Assembly: GCF_006345805.1 (NCBI RefSeq)
Contig: NC_043000.1
Coordinates: forward strand, 71,548,001-71,612,000
Direction of reading: 5' to 3'
Source: Octopus sinensis
Lineage: Eukaryota
DNA: 64,000 nucleotides
The first letter of the stretch is position 1; each line of letters opens with the position of its first letter. Of the stretch, positions 23,151 to 36,317 are shown one piece after another. The position numbers and the translations under genes are program-made. The notes below the pieces were generated by a model, which saw nothing but the letters and a program-made list of their open reading frames with translations, was not told where the DNA came from and made no database searches.

Positions 23151-25610
23151 ATATATAAACTAGCAGCTAAGCCCGGTTCCACCAGATCTGTTTGGATGAC
23201 ATGGCTGTGATCGTTTTGGGTCAGGCATAATCTATTTCTATTTCTCAACCTTATCATTTTGGTTCCCCTATTTCGATTGGAGCCTCCAGCTGTATATCGG
23301 GCTGCTTTTAAGCTAGTATATAATAATAGGTAAGGATGATCCAGAGATCCAATATAGGAAGTTAATAAGCTTATAAGCATATATGCAGCTGTAGACACAT
23401 CAAAATGTGACAATATAGAATAAAATTATGTGTATAACTTATGATGATAACATTATAAGATACACACCTCATTCCATTTTGAAATCAAAAGAAATTTCAA
23501 TAAGTCTATGGTCTCCATACAACTTATGATTTAGCAAGTGAAGTTGCTAAAAGTGCAAATAATGTAAGGAATGGAGTTCTATTCCTTAATTTCTTGGATA
23601 TATGTGTGTGTTGTGTTGTGTGTGTGAGAGAGAGAGTTCTTCCATGAACATACAAGTTTGAGTACAGGTTTGAAGATGCAATGGCTATTACTATGAAGGC
23701 ATTGCATTTGACTGAGTGATGTCTTTCACTATACTCTACATAGTAAGAGAGAGGTAGCAGCATGCTGCCATGTTGTTGAGGCAAGAGATGGTGAAGTTTT
23801 GTTCAAAGAACTTTTACTGTTTTTTCAAGGTGAAACCTAAATAACTTTTTTTTTATGATAACATAATTAATTTATATGTGAAATAGTCCATTAATTAGTC
23901 AGTTAATTTCTTGGCTAATTATAAAACCCATTGCAATAAAATCAAGAAATTCATCAATTTGATGTAAATCATAGCACTCAGTTGGAAAGAATTTTCCAAA
24001 GGAATGATCAGTTTGTTGTTGGGCTAACAGCAAGGATTTTTCAAAGGGAATAGCTCTCGTGATGATGAAAATGAGAGAAGTAGTTCCTATGCACATAACA
24101 GGGGCACAAGCAAGAGAAAACCAGAGAAAGTGTTAGTGATGAGGAATAAAAGCACCAATACCAACCTTAATCTAAGATATACTTAAAAAAAGCAAGCACT
24201 AGCAGGAAGAGAAAAAAAAATCCCACAGAACATCATAAAGAAAAAGTCTCAAAAAGAATTTCAATCATCTTATGGATAGTTACAAGTAGAGATAAATCAG
24301 ATTAGGAATTATTTTAGAGACACATATCTAATTCCAGATTCAGGTTAGCTTGGATTCTGATACTCTTTAGAAGGACTGGGAATTTTTGTTTCATTTATTC
24401 TTAAAAGTTGAGTCTTTATGCCTAGTTAAGGAATAAAAAAATAAAAAGAATATTTGTTGTGCATAGTAATTACTTAAAGAGGACACAGAAGCTTGACAGT
24501 TGTGGGATGAGGGAATCAGATATGATATTTGTAGGATAAACAATGACACATAGAAAGGTTGGTTACAAAAAGTAGAAGCAGAGAGAAGAAACAACTTCTG
24601 TGACACAACAGTTATTTAATGTTGGTGAATGCAGAGTGTATCAACCAACCAAATGACTAGTTTTTGCATGTGACCAAGAATGGTTGTGCATGTAATAGCT
24701 GCACTGACCCAGATATGTCATTAGTATTGCAATGTGGATTTTCATTGTGAACTGATCAAAGCTGACTATTTACTAGCTCTGAAAAAAAACTAAACTTTTG
24801 AGATACAAATTTAGTTGATGTGCAGTTGTCATGAAGGACCATCTGAGATTTGTTCACGTTAAGCTTTTTGCACTCAAGTCCTTCATTTTTAAATCTGCTT
24901 TGCAAGGAGTAGGATGGATATATCATCCACTCAGCATCTATTCATTTATCTAGTAAACAACATTTATTGGCTGTGAAAACAAAGATCTTTGATACCATCA
25001 CAGGTAATGTCTGAGAGAAAGATTAATAGCTGAGAAAATCAAGGGTACATCTATTTCAGTCACATTTAATTTTCCAAATAAAAATTGGAGATAGCAGACA
25101 ATAAATAACAAGTGTATCAGTCAGTGTTAGGATGTTTGCATGACTGTGCAAAGATCTAAAGGACAAAAAAAATCCTGTTTGAAATGAAAATTCAGTGACA
25201 TGTCACAATTGTAACGAGCTGCAGCCAAGATCAGAGTATCGTATTTTGCTCAGAATGATAAAAAATTACTAAGGGTATTAAATGTTAGGTGTCAGCTGGA
25301 TTCAGTTAAAGTAAATGACTGGTGAAAGCATATAAAAACCCTAATTTTATTCTAAACTTAACACCTAGCCAGAGCCAGTTTTAAGCCAATTAGACAGATT
25401 TGTTCAAATTGAGTCCCATGCTAAAAGAGGGCCCAGCACACATGCTTGAATGGAGGATGCTGTGATGAATTTTTAGTATATCATTGTGGCTAATAGTGGA
25501 GCCTCAATCCCTCAACACTTTTTGGCTGGGACTGATGTACTACACGAAGCATAAAACGTCAATCTTAAGTTTTTGAAGAATAGAGGAACTCACTGACAAT
25601 TCTTTAATTT

Positions 25611-25704
25611 GGCCCTGCACTTCCTAGCACTGGACCTGCACTCCCTAGCACTAGCCCTGCATTTCCTAGTGCTGGTCCTGCACTTCCTAGTGCTGGCCCT
25701 GCAC
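25611..25704. repeat. 21-bp minisatellite, ~4.5 copies
   Basis: ggccctgcacttcctagcact variants at 25611, 25632, 25653, 25674 and 25695. Confidence 0.9.
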
Positions 25705-25796
25705 CTAATTTGCTTGATTTACTTTTTATGCAAGGAAATATCAGAGAAATTAACTATCCCAAAGTGTTTCTCATGTATTTAAATAGTTTTTACACA

Positions 25797-25950
25797 CTCT
25801 TTTACTTGTTTTAGTCATTTGACTGCAGCTTATGCTGGAGCACCACCTTTTAGTCAAAGAAACACACCAGCATCGGTTGTCAAGTGATGGTGGTGGTGGT
25901 GGAGGGGACAAACACAGATGCAAAGGCACACACAACATATATATATATAC

Positions 25951-25983
<33 letters not shown>

Positions 25984-26140
25984 CGAAGGGCTTCTTTCAG
26001 TTTCTATCTATCAAATCCACTCATAAGGCTTTGGTTGGCCTGAGGCTATATTAGAAGACACTTGCCCAAGGTGTCACGCAGTGGGACTGAACCCACAACC
26101 ATATGGTTAGGAAGCAAGCTTCTTACCACACAGCCACTCC
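25797..26140 (-). mobile_element. Family-1 SINE with internal deletion
   Basis: Both ends match 10477-10864; the central ~90 bp is missing. Confidence 0.85.
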
Positions 26141-26154
26141 TGCGCCATAATTCA

Positions 26155-26371
26155 TTGTGTTGGTGTAAAATTATTGCAGTTTTTTCAAAAAACAATAACA
26201 ATATTTAGCAAAAATATATCTAAATGATGGTCTGACCATCTGCCAAGCAAATGGTTAGCAGTAATTGAAGTAGATGGTGAATATGATCCAGAATAATCAT
26301 GTAAAGATGTTTTTGTTACATGTTATTGTTTTTGTTGAAAAAAAAACTGCAATAATTATGCACCAACCGAA
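26155..26371 (+). mobile_element. Mariner-derived MITE
   Basis: Imperfect ~28-bp TIRs (gttggtgtaaaattattgcagttttt / aaaaactgcaataattatgcaccaac), TA at the right end, internal remnant resembling the mariner C-terminus W..VIE.DGEY. Confidence 0.65.
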
Positions 26372-27169
26372 TATTTAGGATAGCTCAACGTTTATGCATG
26401 TGTGACTCAATATATGACTAAAATTTATTAAACAGTTCAATGCAAACCATTTCATAATTCCTATTAATTATCTCTGTTTGAGAAAAAAGATGGGATCAAG
26501 TGAGTTTTCAACTATATCTATAACTGTATACAGTGTAAGGAGAAAAATATATGATATTGAAGTACTAGAACACTAGTTTTATGAGTGGTGATAACAAGAG
26601 TGTGTAAATGAAGACAAGGATGAAGGTATTTGTATTGAATAAAGGTCTATTCTCTACAACATTATATGAATTATAATTGTAGCTACCTAACCAATTTTAA
26701 TGAATGATTACTACTGGTACATAATAATTATATGGTGATTCTTTTTAACATTGCAATGTTTTGAAAACCCTACAGAAAATAGCTGAGTGTATTTGTGTCA
26801 GTTATTGAATAAAATTATAAAAATAAGTAGTACCAAATCTAAAACTGAGACTCTTTTACTATCATTAATAACATAAACTAGTTTCACAGTCATAAAATAA
26901 ATGTTCTGTGACCTGCATTGATTTTTAACTTTGGCATAAGTTTAGGAAATTTAGGGAGAGGTTAATTTTAACAATAGCAATATTTTCCTTACACCTATTT
27001 TATAAAACATGGGTGGGAGAAAAGTTCAAGAAGTGAATTCAGAATGTGAAGATATGTAATTAATACGTCTTCAGAGCATACAGTTTATTATATATTAAAA
27101 AATATCATTGTTTTTTTTATATATTAATATGTGTGTATGTGTGTGAATTTTGCCCTGAAAAGATTTTCC

Positions 27170-27772
27170 TGAGGTGATGACAAGTGACTGAGACTTTTGG
27201 AGATATGCCGTGCTTGAGAAGACCTGGCAAGCCAGGTGAGACTGTAACCGTGGCCTATGCCAGTGCAGCATAACCAGCCCATTTAAGAGTACCCTTCAAT
27301 CATTGGGCAATAAATGGAACTTATGAAGACCTATTAAGGCAAGTGAAGTCATCGTTGTGGCCTATGACAGTACTGCCTGATTGGCACCCATGCCGGTGGT
27401 GTGTAAAAAGCACCATTTGAGTGTGGTCGATACCAGTGCCACCTGACTGGTCCAATGCCAGTGGCACATAAAAAACACTATTTGTCGTGGTCATTGCCAG
27501 AGCCACCTGACTGTCTCCCATACAGGTGCCATGTAAAAAACACCATTCAAGTGTAGATGATGCCAGTACCAACTGACTAGCCCTCGTGCAAGTGGCATGT
27601 AAAAAGTGCCCACTACACTCTCGGAGTGGTTGGTGTTAGGAAGAGCATCCAGCTGTAGAAACATTGCCAGATCAGACTGGAGCCTGGAACAGCCTTCTGG
27701 CTTGCCAGCCCTCAGTCAAACTGTCCAGCCCATGCCAGCATGGAAAACAGACATTAAAAGGGTATGATGATA
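27170..27772 (+). mobile_element. RTE LINE 3' end / UTR fragment
   Basis: Matches the reverse complement of 19100-19260 and 57850-58350 (gcatccagctgtagaaacattgccagatcagactgg...ccatgccagcatggaaaa..gacattaaa). Confidence 0.75.
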
Positions 27773-28067
27773 AAATTCATGATGCAATTTTGATTTTAAA
27801 CTATGAATAGAGGTGAGAAATTGAAATTGACTATTATATTGATATTTTCTGTGTTCACACTCTCTATTTTCTTTATATTATATTATATATATGCATTTTC
27901 ATGGAGTGTGAATACGTTTTCAAAATTCATAAATTTTTCTTTTGTAAAGTGAATTATGTGTATTGTGCTAAGAAAGACATAATAAATGTGATGTAATTTT
28001 GTTTAAATTTTGAATTTTTTGTGGATTGTTGTATTCTTCACATGAATTTTACTATTGCATTTTTCAG

Positions 28068-28123
28068 ACTGATCCATGTGGAATTCAAGCAGCCTAAGTT
28101 TACTGTTTCTTTGCCTGGACTGG
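28068..28123 (+). other. Candidate non-coding upstream exon of the four-TM gene
   Basis: ttgcatttttcag acceptor and G|GTATGT donor; no independent support. Confidence 0.3.
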
Positions 28124-28521
28124 GTATGTTGACTACTTCACAATTACTTTTTCCAAATGTGATGTCTATAATGTACATTTTCTTAAAATATAAATTACTG
28201 TTTGCTAATAAGGCTAAATTGTCAGTCTAATTATATCTACATTGATAAATCCAATAATTATAAAGCTGTTTTATTTCTAATAAACATATCTTGAAATACA
28301 TAAATAGATAAGTAATGGTATTAACATGATAAACAGTAAAAACTATAAATCAAATGAATGAAACATAGTAGACTAATAACTGATAAGCTAAGATATTTGT
28401 GTCTTCTGAGAAATATTTATTATTACCATTTTATTTTTTTGCAGAACTACAAATACAGTAAATGCTGCAACATCAATAAATTAAGAAAGAAGTTGTCAAT
28501 CAAGTGATATAAAATCTCAAA

Positions 28522-29299
28522 ATGACATACAGAGAATTACTAAATGTCTTCGACAAAAACTCTTCCTCTAAATGTCATCAATGCAGTAGTAATATTTTGT
28601 TCTCACTCATACTATTTACTGGAATCTCTCAAATTGGTTTGAGTATTGGCCTTTTATTTCTGTGTAGAAATCAAATAAGTGAGGTATCTTGTGCTTTCTC
28701 ACTAAAAGCTCACCTTGTACAGGTTTAGCCGCCCCTGTCTATATTGGATGTCTTATTCTCTGCATAGCAATCTTTGGATTTGCCTGTCTTGGTCGGCGAG
28801 CATCAGCAGCACTACTTTTATTCATTACTGTTGGTGACATTTGCCTGGGTTTTATGCAATTAGCAAGTGAGAAAATTCTGTTCACTGACTATTTTAATAC
28901 ATTTAATTCAAGAGAAATCTGTCAATCTGCCCAACAAAATTCATCTCAACTTTTACAATGCTGGAACCATATTACACACCTATACCCAGCCTGTAGTATA
29001 TATGAACATGAGATAACCAATGATTGTGTTCACAGCTATAATATTTACTTCAATCGATCAATCAATCTGAAAGTAACAGAACTACTGTGCCATGCATTAG
29101 TGATATTAATAGATTGGTCAGTTCAACTTATACGGACTTCCGATTTATGTGTGGCCCTATTGTATTACTCAATGCTTTTGTCTGTGTCATTCTAATACTA
29201 TTTCTAGAGTTTTTTCATCAACAGAAACAGAATAGTAAAAAACAGCAACATGACTTAGCAGCACTAGAAGGAATTTATGAAATTTCTGAACAAAAGTAA
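28522..29299 (+). CDS. Four-transmembrane, tetraspanin-like protein (~259 aa if two 1-nt frameshifts are corrected)
   Basis: Three overlapping ORFs (28522, 28689, 29087) join into TM1-short loop-TM2-TM3-large Cys-rich loop with NSS/NRS sequons-TM4-tail; splice acceptor at 28443-28444, in-frame upstream TAA, AAAATG context, AATAAA overlapping the stop. Confidence 0.65.
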
Positions 29300-31226
29300 T
29301 AAAAATATTTATTCAATGTCAATAATTTATCCTCATAATCGTACTTCGGTTCACATTCTATTTTACTAAAAAAAGTCAACTTTTGGTGATCATTCTAAAT
29401 TGAATTAAAAGTATTTTCTAATACTAATAACATTGAATTTTCGGCCCTGTTTTTAGAATGACATTAACTAAAGATATAAAGTGTCAAACAGACCATATGT
29501 ATTATATATTTATATATATATTTATTTAAATACTGAGTGTATTTTATTTAATCTAAATAAGAACTAAATGAAAGGACCATTTTATGATATAATGGCAAGT
29601 CGTAGGAAGAATATTCAGGAGTTAGAGAAGGCATTTCATTATCCCTTTTTATAGCAACACACAAGGTTGCCTTGCTGCCATAATTTTATAAGAAATCTCA
29701 ACTTCAAAATGATAAAATTAGTTATTTTACTAAATCCTTACAAATTCTAGATTATTTCAAAATTAATTGAAGCATGTTGGTAGTGTTTTGTTAGGAACAT
29801 GATTATAAAAGGATTAAATTTAATGATTAGACCAACCAAAGCCAGAATGGAAAATGGATATATCTTGCAAAAAAAAAAAAAAAATCAACATAATAGTTGT
29901 GTGAGTTATGTGTGTATAAATATGCCATGATAAAAATATATAACAACTACTTACTTTTAACAATTATCTTTGAAATTTTTCATATTATATATATTTTAAA
30001 TGTGCTGGTAAAACTGTGCAAAAACTCCCACAATGACCCCATTTTGAGTGCTCCTTATACAACAAGGATTGTTGAAATCCACATTTAAACCTTTCACAGT
30101 TGCTTCTTTTGCAAATGTATTCCAGGTGCTAATCTTGTGTAGTACAGTTTAACATCACATTTCACCTAAACATTGAAGCCTACAGTCATTGTAAGGATGT
30201 TGGTCTACTCTCACCTTTTGCTACCTGCTAGTCTATTGGAAATAGGATTGCTATTTGAATTGAGAGAAAGTTCCTACTATTTTTTTTTACATCTAATATC
30301 TAATTTCAATGAAGATTTTTTTAAGATACATTGTCAGCTATTTGTAGATATTTTTACTAATGTAATATGATATGAGATTGACAATAGTCACATGGTCAAG
30401 TAAAATCATATATTGGTTAATTGTGTTAAATTTCTTATCAAAGTGATCAATATTGGGTGTAGCTGTTGTACTCCTTTATCCTAAGTTAAGTAACTTGTAA
30501 TATTGTGTAATGGATTGGTTATATATGTATGATATGCACCTCTAGAATAACATTACTTGATAGGGTGCAAAGCTCAGAGATCAGGGAATCTCTCTAGGTT
30601 GAGCTAATCCACATTGGGAGGTCACAGCTCTGATACTATGGACATGTGATAAGAATGTCTTTAAAAAGAATCACAAGGTGAATTCTTCAAGCTGAACTAA
30701 CCAGCAGGAAACCTAGGGGTAGATTTAGAATGAGATGGTTGAATAATATCCTAAGACTCAGTTGGTTGCACTTGGGAATCCAAAGGGAAAGTCTAATGAT
30801 GGCTGCTTCTTATGGAGGAGATGCCTGAAGATTCTACTCCAACAAACCTCCCAGAAATAGTGGGCAGAAAAGATGGATGGATGGATGGAGATGCACCTAA
30901 GACTGGTGCAGTGTACATTTTGTTTAACTTCCTTATTTAGTCACATTCTTGTATACCACTTATGAAATGATCAGAGAAAATGTGATGCCAAACTACATTA
31001 AGAATGTCCAACAGCCAGTATGCATATGGAAAAAAGGAACAATAGAAAGAACTTAGTATCAATTCTTAAAATTAAGTCTTGATAAGCATTGAAGAACACT
31101 CATAATATAGATCTCTCAATGCTAAATTAAAAGACACTTACATCTATAAATTTGAAAAGTTTCGCTGAAAACTTTAAAAACAAATTATATCCATATTTTA
31201 TAATGACATATACAAAGACACAAATA

Positions 31227-32460
31227 TTGGGTCATCCCATAGATAATGTGATTTTTTTGTACTTCTTTTATTTTTCAAAATTAAGATAAGTAAAGTTCTT
31301 TTTTAATCTAAAATATACTCTCCTTCATTTCCTACAATGCTTTTCCATCTATCTGGTAGATTTGCAAGGCCCCTCTTCCAAATTTCACTTGTCAGTGATG
31401 AAAACTACTTCTCCAGTACAGTTCTGACCTCATCTACAGAATCCATATTTTTTTCCATCCAAATGATTTTGAAGACTACAGAATAAATGATAATCAGATG
31501 GGGCAATGTCTGGTGAATATGGTGGGAGGGGCATCGTTTCTCATTCAAACTGCTCCAGCCTTTGTATGTAGCCAAGCATTATCCTGATGGAAGGACACCT
31601 TTCCTCTTGAAACCAAAGGTTGTCGTTTTTTTTCTACTGCTACCTTAAGCTGCTCAAGCTGCCCACAGCAGATCTCCTTTGCTATTGTTTGGCTTGGGTT
31701 TAAAAGTTCAAAGTAGACTAAACCTTTCATATCCCACCAAACAGATAACAACACCTTATGTGGCTGAAGACCTTCTTTAGCCTGGGGTGCCAGTGTTTCT
31801 CCTTTCTCTACTGTCTTCAGCACTTGACATTTTTTATAAAGAACTCATTTCTTGTCACTATTCAGTCCAAAAAAGGTTCACACATTCACTCTCTGCATGC
31901 AATTAGATTCAGAAAGATTGTGAGGAACCCACTGACCCAATTTGCTGACTTTTCCAGTGACATGCAGGTGTCAATGAATGGTTGAATGACCAAATCCAAG
32001 CTTCTCTGCTAGTTCCTCAATAGTTATGATGGGATTTTGTTCCACCAGGGTTTGCAGAACGTCCTTGTTGAGCTCTGCAGATCATCCAGGATGAAGTTCG
32101 TCTTCTAGGCCGTAGTTTCTGGTTTGGAATTTCTGGAACCAAGGTTGACACTGGCTATGTTTATTGTCCAATCCCCGTATACTGCATTACTATTTCTTGC
32201 ACTTTCCGTTGTGATGTTGCCTTTACTGAACTCATAAATCAAAATATGCCAAATACGCTCTTTTGTCTCTTCTGCCATTACAGCTTTGAAAAAATAACTG
32301 TGACAATTGAACTGCACTCTTCAAAACTTGTACTAAGAATAAGTACAAGGTAAAATTACTACCTGCTTTTATAGCAAGTTGATTCAAGTAGTTTACCCCA
32401 TCCCCCTCCAACTTTTCGCTCATGCAATTGAAGAAACACATTATTTACAGGATGACCCAA
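31227..32460 (-). mobile_element. Full-size but degenerate mariner transposon
   Basis: TA-flanked TIRs ttgggtcatcc... / ...ggatgacccaa; KVLLSVWWDMKGLVYFELL, QDNA and YSPDIAP-like motifs with stops and frameshifts. Confidence 0.9.
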
Positions 32461-34180
32461 TACTTACACATGCTCACTCACATACATCATGCGCAGACCA
32501 GATTGATCTGTATTTAAAATAAAATTATGCTAACATTTTCCCCATGAAACGGTTTTCTAAACATAAGACACAATAAACATATATTATGCATAATATTGAA
32601 ATAACTCACAATTTAGCTCAATGATGTTGCATAATGTGACGATTCATCCACTTCATACCTACTCCTGAAACTGTCCGCTTTCTTCAAGTGAATGAGAAGA
32701 CCAATACAGGACACCTTGCCGGGGACAGAGAGTAGTGTTATTCTATGCCAGTTGTTGCAGTCACTTAGGGTTCCTTTCTTGGCTATTTCTCCTATTACTC
32801 AATCAATTGTTGTTGTATTGTGAAAGAATTATTGCGCAAAGCGAAATACTTGGGAATATGTTTTATAAAAAGAAAATTTCCTACTTGTAGGGCTAAGTTT
32901 TTGGATTAGTATACAACTATATTAAGTTTTTAAATTTAATATTTATGAAAAGGAATGTCCAATCCTTCATCTTTGTTATTCCAACAAGTTCTATCAGCAA
33001 TATAATGTTAAAGAACAAAATAAACAGATTTGACAGCAATGTGAAGTTTTCTGATATGAAAGGATTTAATATTAGCTTTGTAGGCCAACAAACTCCTTAT
33101 CAGTTCCCAATATGATACTCCATCACTGAGGTCTTTCCTCAAGGTTCTTACCTCTTTTGTAACCAGGTAAAGGGTTTGAGAAAAAAATTAGTGCCTTATC
33201 CTATAAAACAGTGCGTCCAGCATCTGAGTTTTTCCTCTAAGGGTTGATAGAATATGTGACAGTTAAATTCTTAGAATGTCCCCTTCCTTAGTAAAAAGAA
33301 ATCAATATTATTTTTTAAGTAATAGGCACTGAGGTAAAACAATAAATTCTAGACAAACCAAGTCCCCACATTCAGCTGGTATCATTTCACTTACATTGCT
33401 AAAACCTTTTAAAAATTAATGAACACTACCATTCCTCTTTAAATATGAGGCTTCATCACATTGTAAGGAATCTTAATTTATTTTTATTATATTTCATTAT
33501 TAAATGAAAATGTAATGATGCAGGAGTTAACCACAAATTATGATTTATATATGATGTGACACTATATGTTATTTTAGTTTACAATCAAAATTGTGAAATA
33601 AAAACACTTCTTTTGATTGGCACATTTGCACACTTGTACTATTTATATATTTTTATAATAAACAGATTTTCCTCAAAGACTTTGTTAATTTTGCATAAGA
33701 ACTTTCAATTCAAATAATTTAATTTTTAATAAAATGTATTGTATATGTTTATGAACTGTGGTTGAAGGTATAAAGGTAATTCTGTTATTGGGTGTACTTA
33801 CCTTTATTTATATAATGAATTTATAAAAGTGAGGGTGTTCTTTTCCAGAGGATCTTCACTCTGGAAAAGGACTGGGTATAGTAAATAGTATAGAACTTGG
33901 GGTGAGGAAGGGGTCACACAAAGATGAATGGGATGGGAATACCTGAATGGAGCTGGCACAAACCTATCAGCTCCAAGGAGCAGAGGCTATTATAGTAGTG
34001 GTAGAAAAAGCAGAAAGAGGAGAGAGTACACCTGTAGACCAGAGGCTGGAATGTATCAGTGAGAGGCTTTATGTTAATCATTCAGGTGGCCCATTTTCAG
34101 ACATGGTCTAGGATATTCTGATCTCAGGAAAAACTTTTTATTGCATGTTAGTCTATTAAATTGTTTCTTGGATACAATAT

Positions 34181-34396
34181 TGATTTCAAATTTTGGCACA
34201 AGGCCAGCAATTTTGGGGGAGGGGTAAGTCAAGAACATTAAGCCCAGCATTCAACTTGTACTTATTTTGTCAACCCCAAAAAAGTTGAAAGGCAAAGTCA
34301 ACCTTGGCAGAATTTGAACTCAGAATGTAAAGATGGGTGAAATATCATAAGGCATTTTGCAGATTGTGCTAATGATTCTGCCAGCTCACTGCCTTA
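34181..34396 (-). mobile_element. tRNA-headed SINE family 2
   Basis: Minus-strand head with TGGCAGAATC A-box and GAGTTCAAATT B-box; six or more similar copies in the window. Confidence 0.8.
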
Positions 34397-35559
34397 TTTT
34401 CTTGGATATAAGACTTAAATGTGTTAAAAGCATTTCACTGCAGTGCTTCTCAAACTGATATATACAGAGCACAAGCAAAATGATGAAAAAAAAAAGTGAA
34501 ATTTTTTGTTCTTCTTTTTATAAATGAGAAGACAAAATGAATTTTACATGCATACAGTTTTAAAATCATTTAATTCTAATAAACGTGACACGTTATCTAC
34601 CCTCTTTTCCTCTTTTCAATCCTTACAGCCCCACTCTGCCTATGAGAAATGTTGTTCTAGTGGAGAATGTCATAATTGTGAAAGTTTAGTAGTTGTTTAA
34701 GACAAAAATATTTTTCATTCTTGAAGAAACTAAACCTTTGAGCGAGAGTTTACAAATGAGGAGAAGAAATGAAGTACTGCCAGTTTATTTTCTTAAGGTT
34801 GAACTATCATAATTTTGGTGCATTTTAATGGGACAAATGTGTTGAATGCCCTTAGAAAATATTTTAAAGATTCTTATTCATGGAAAGTGTGGAAACCTGA
34901 TGGAAGATTGAAGTAGCAAATTGATGGTGACCTACGTTTACAAGGAATGAGTAATGATGGTATGAGTATAGAAAGGGTAAGTCTATAAAGTAAACATTTG
35001 TATGTTTAAACTGATTAAAAATAATTATAAAAGTATACAAATAAAGTTATAATGCAAATTTTACACCAGTTGCAAAAAGTTAAAGCACTGCAGCACTATT
35101 TCAAGTTCACCTTTATCATATCTATTTATAACTATAATAAAGCTTTTAAGAAAGTGGTCATACTGTATTTTGTCAAAAGCAGAGATATCTGAATTCAACC
35201 AAAAACCTTGGAAACTTGTCTAGTAAGTTATAGGGATAAGTAAAAAGCTGACAATGGGCTACATTCAATGCATCAATGATGAACAGAGTATTCTAAATCA
35301 CAACACTTAATTTAACAAATTTTGATGCAATATTTTTTGTTAATATTTTATTTGAAATTGAAGAAGGATAATGAATATATCAAATCTTTTTTACATAGCT
35401 GGCAAAAATTTGCCTCAGAATATTTAATAGAAATGGCTTGACAGAGAAGGGTAAGATATGTGGCTTGCTTAATTGTAAGTGATAGAGGCTAGGATCAAGG
35501 TAATACCAAAACTCATGAATGTTTGTGTAGAGAGAGCTGTGCAGCAAATAGATTATTCA

Positions 35560-35900
35560 ATAATGAATGATAACACACATGGTGGCTATGGATATGGCAC
35601 AAGGGATGAAGAAGGGTTAAAGCTGTTGGATGCTATGATGCAAATGACTTAAATGCTTGTAACATCAACTGCAGAAAACCTTCAAGCCACTTGCTTACTT
35701 ATCAATAAGATGAACACATAAACCAGATTGACTTCATAATCACCAGGAAATGGAATAAACAACTAGCTGAGAATATTGTTCTTTCCAATGTACCATGCCA
35801 CATGTTGATTAGCAACTTCAGGAGAAGAGATAGGTAGACTTACAGACATAAGAAAATTTAGAGAAAGAAGCTGTTGGAATGAAGAGATCATTAGAATAGA
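35560..35900 (+). mobile_element. Decayed LINE APE-endonuclease remnant (RTE-like)
   Basis: GYGYGTR.EEG.KLL, SHLLTY and QIDFIITR motifs across stops and frameshifts. Confidence 0.6.
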
Positions 35901-35994
35901 CATAGGTTCAGCGAAGGATTACTTATGTCTAGGAGATAAAAACTTATAAGAATAAAAGATAACTGAGAGGAGACAATCTGCAAACCCGATCAGA

Positions 35995-36317
35995 AAGCTT
36001 CCAGCATGATTGAAGGTGACATGACAAGTATTGTAGACAGCTATAAAAGCTTAGATATCAACAGAGAAAATCTGAAAGAATGTGGGGGAGGCACAAGGAA
36101 TAATATCAGTAGCTACAAGAAAAAATGGACATCAGGTATAGAGATAGGTGTCATAGAACACAAAACAATTTTCTTACTTTCCTTGCTATCTATACCTGAT
36201 GTCCATTTTTTCTTGTAGCTACTGATATTATTCCTTGTGCCTCCCCTCTGTTGATATCTAAGCTTTTATAGCTGTCTACAATACTTGTCATGTCACCTTC
36301 AATCATGCTGGAAGCTT
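35995..36317. repeat. Long inverted repeat (~132-bp arms, 38-nt spacer, ~20-nt bulge)
   Basis: Left arm 35995-36147 is the reverse complement of 36186-36317 apart from a ~20-nt and a 2-nt insertion. Confidence 0.92.

Noticed and set aside
23160-23320. Helitron-like CTAG end with degenerate hairpin
   Set aside because: No matching 5' TC end identified; too weak to delimit.
23960-24280. Coding-looking stretch (DDENERSSSYAHNRG...KRKPEK)
   Set aside because: Interrupted by stops, no recognisable motif and no clear donor site.
28684-28722. 39-nt GT...AG mini-intron to repair the first frameshift of the four-TM gene
   Set aside because: Its length is a multiple of three, so removal keeps the frame that stops at 28728.
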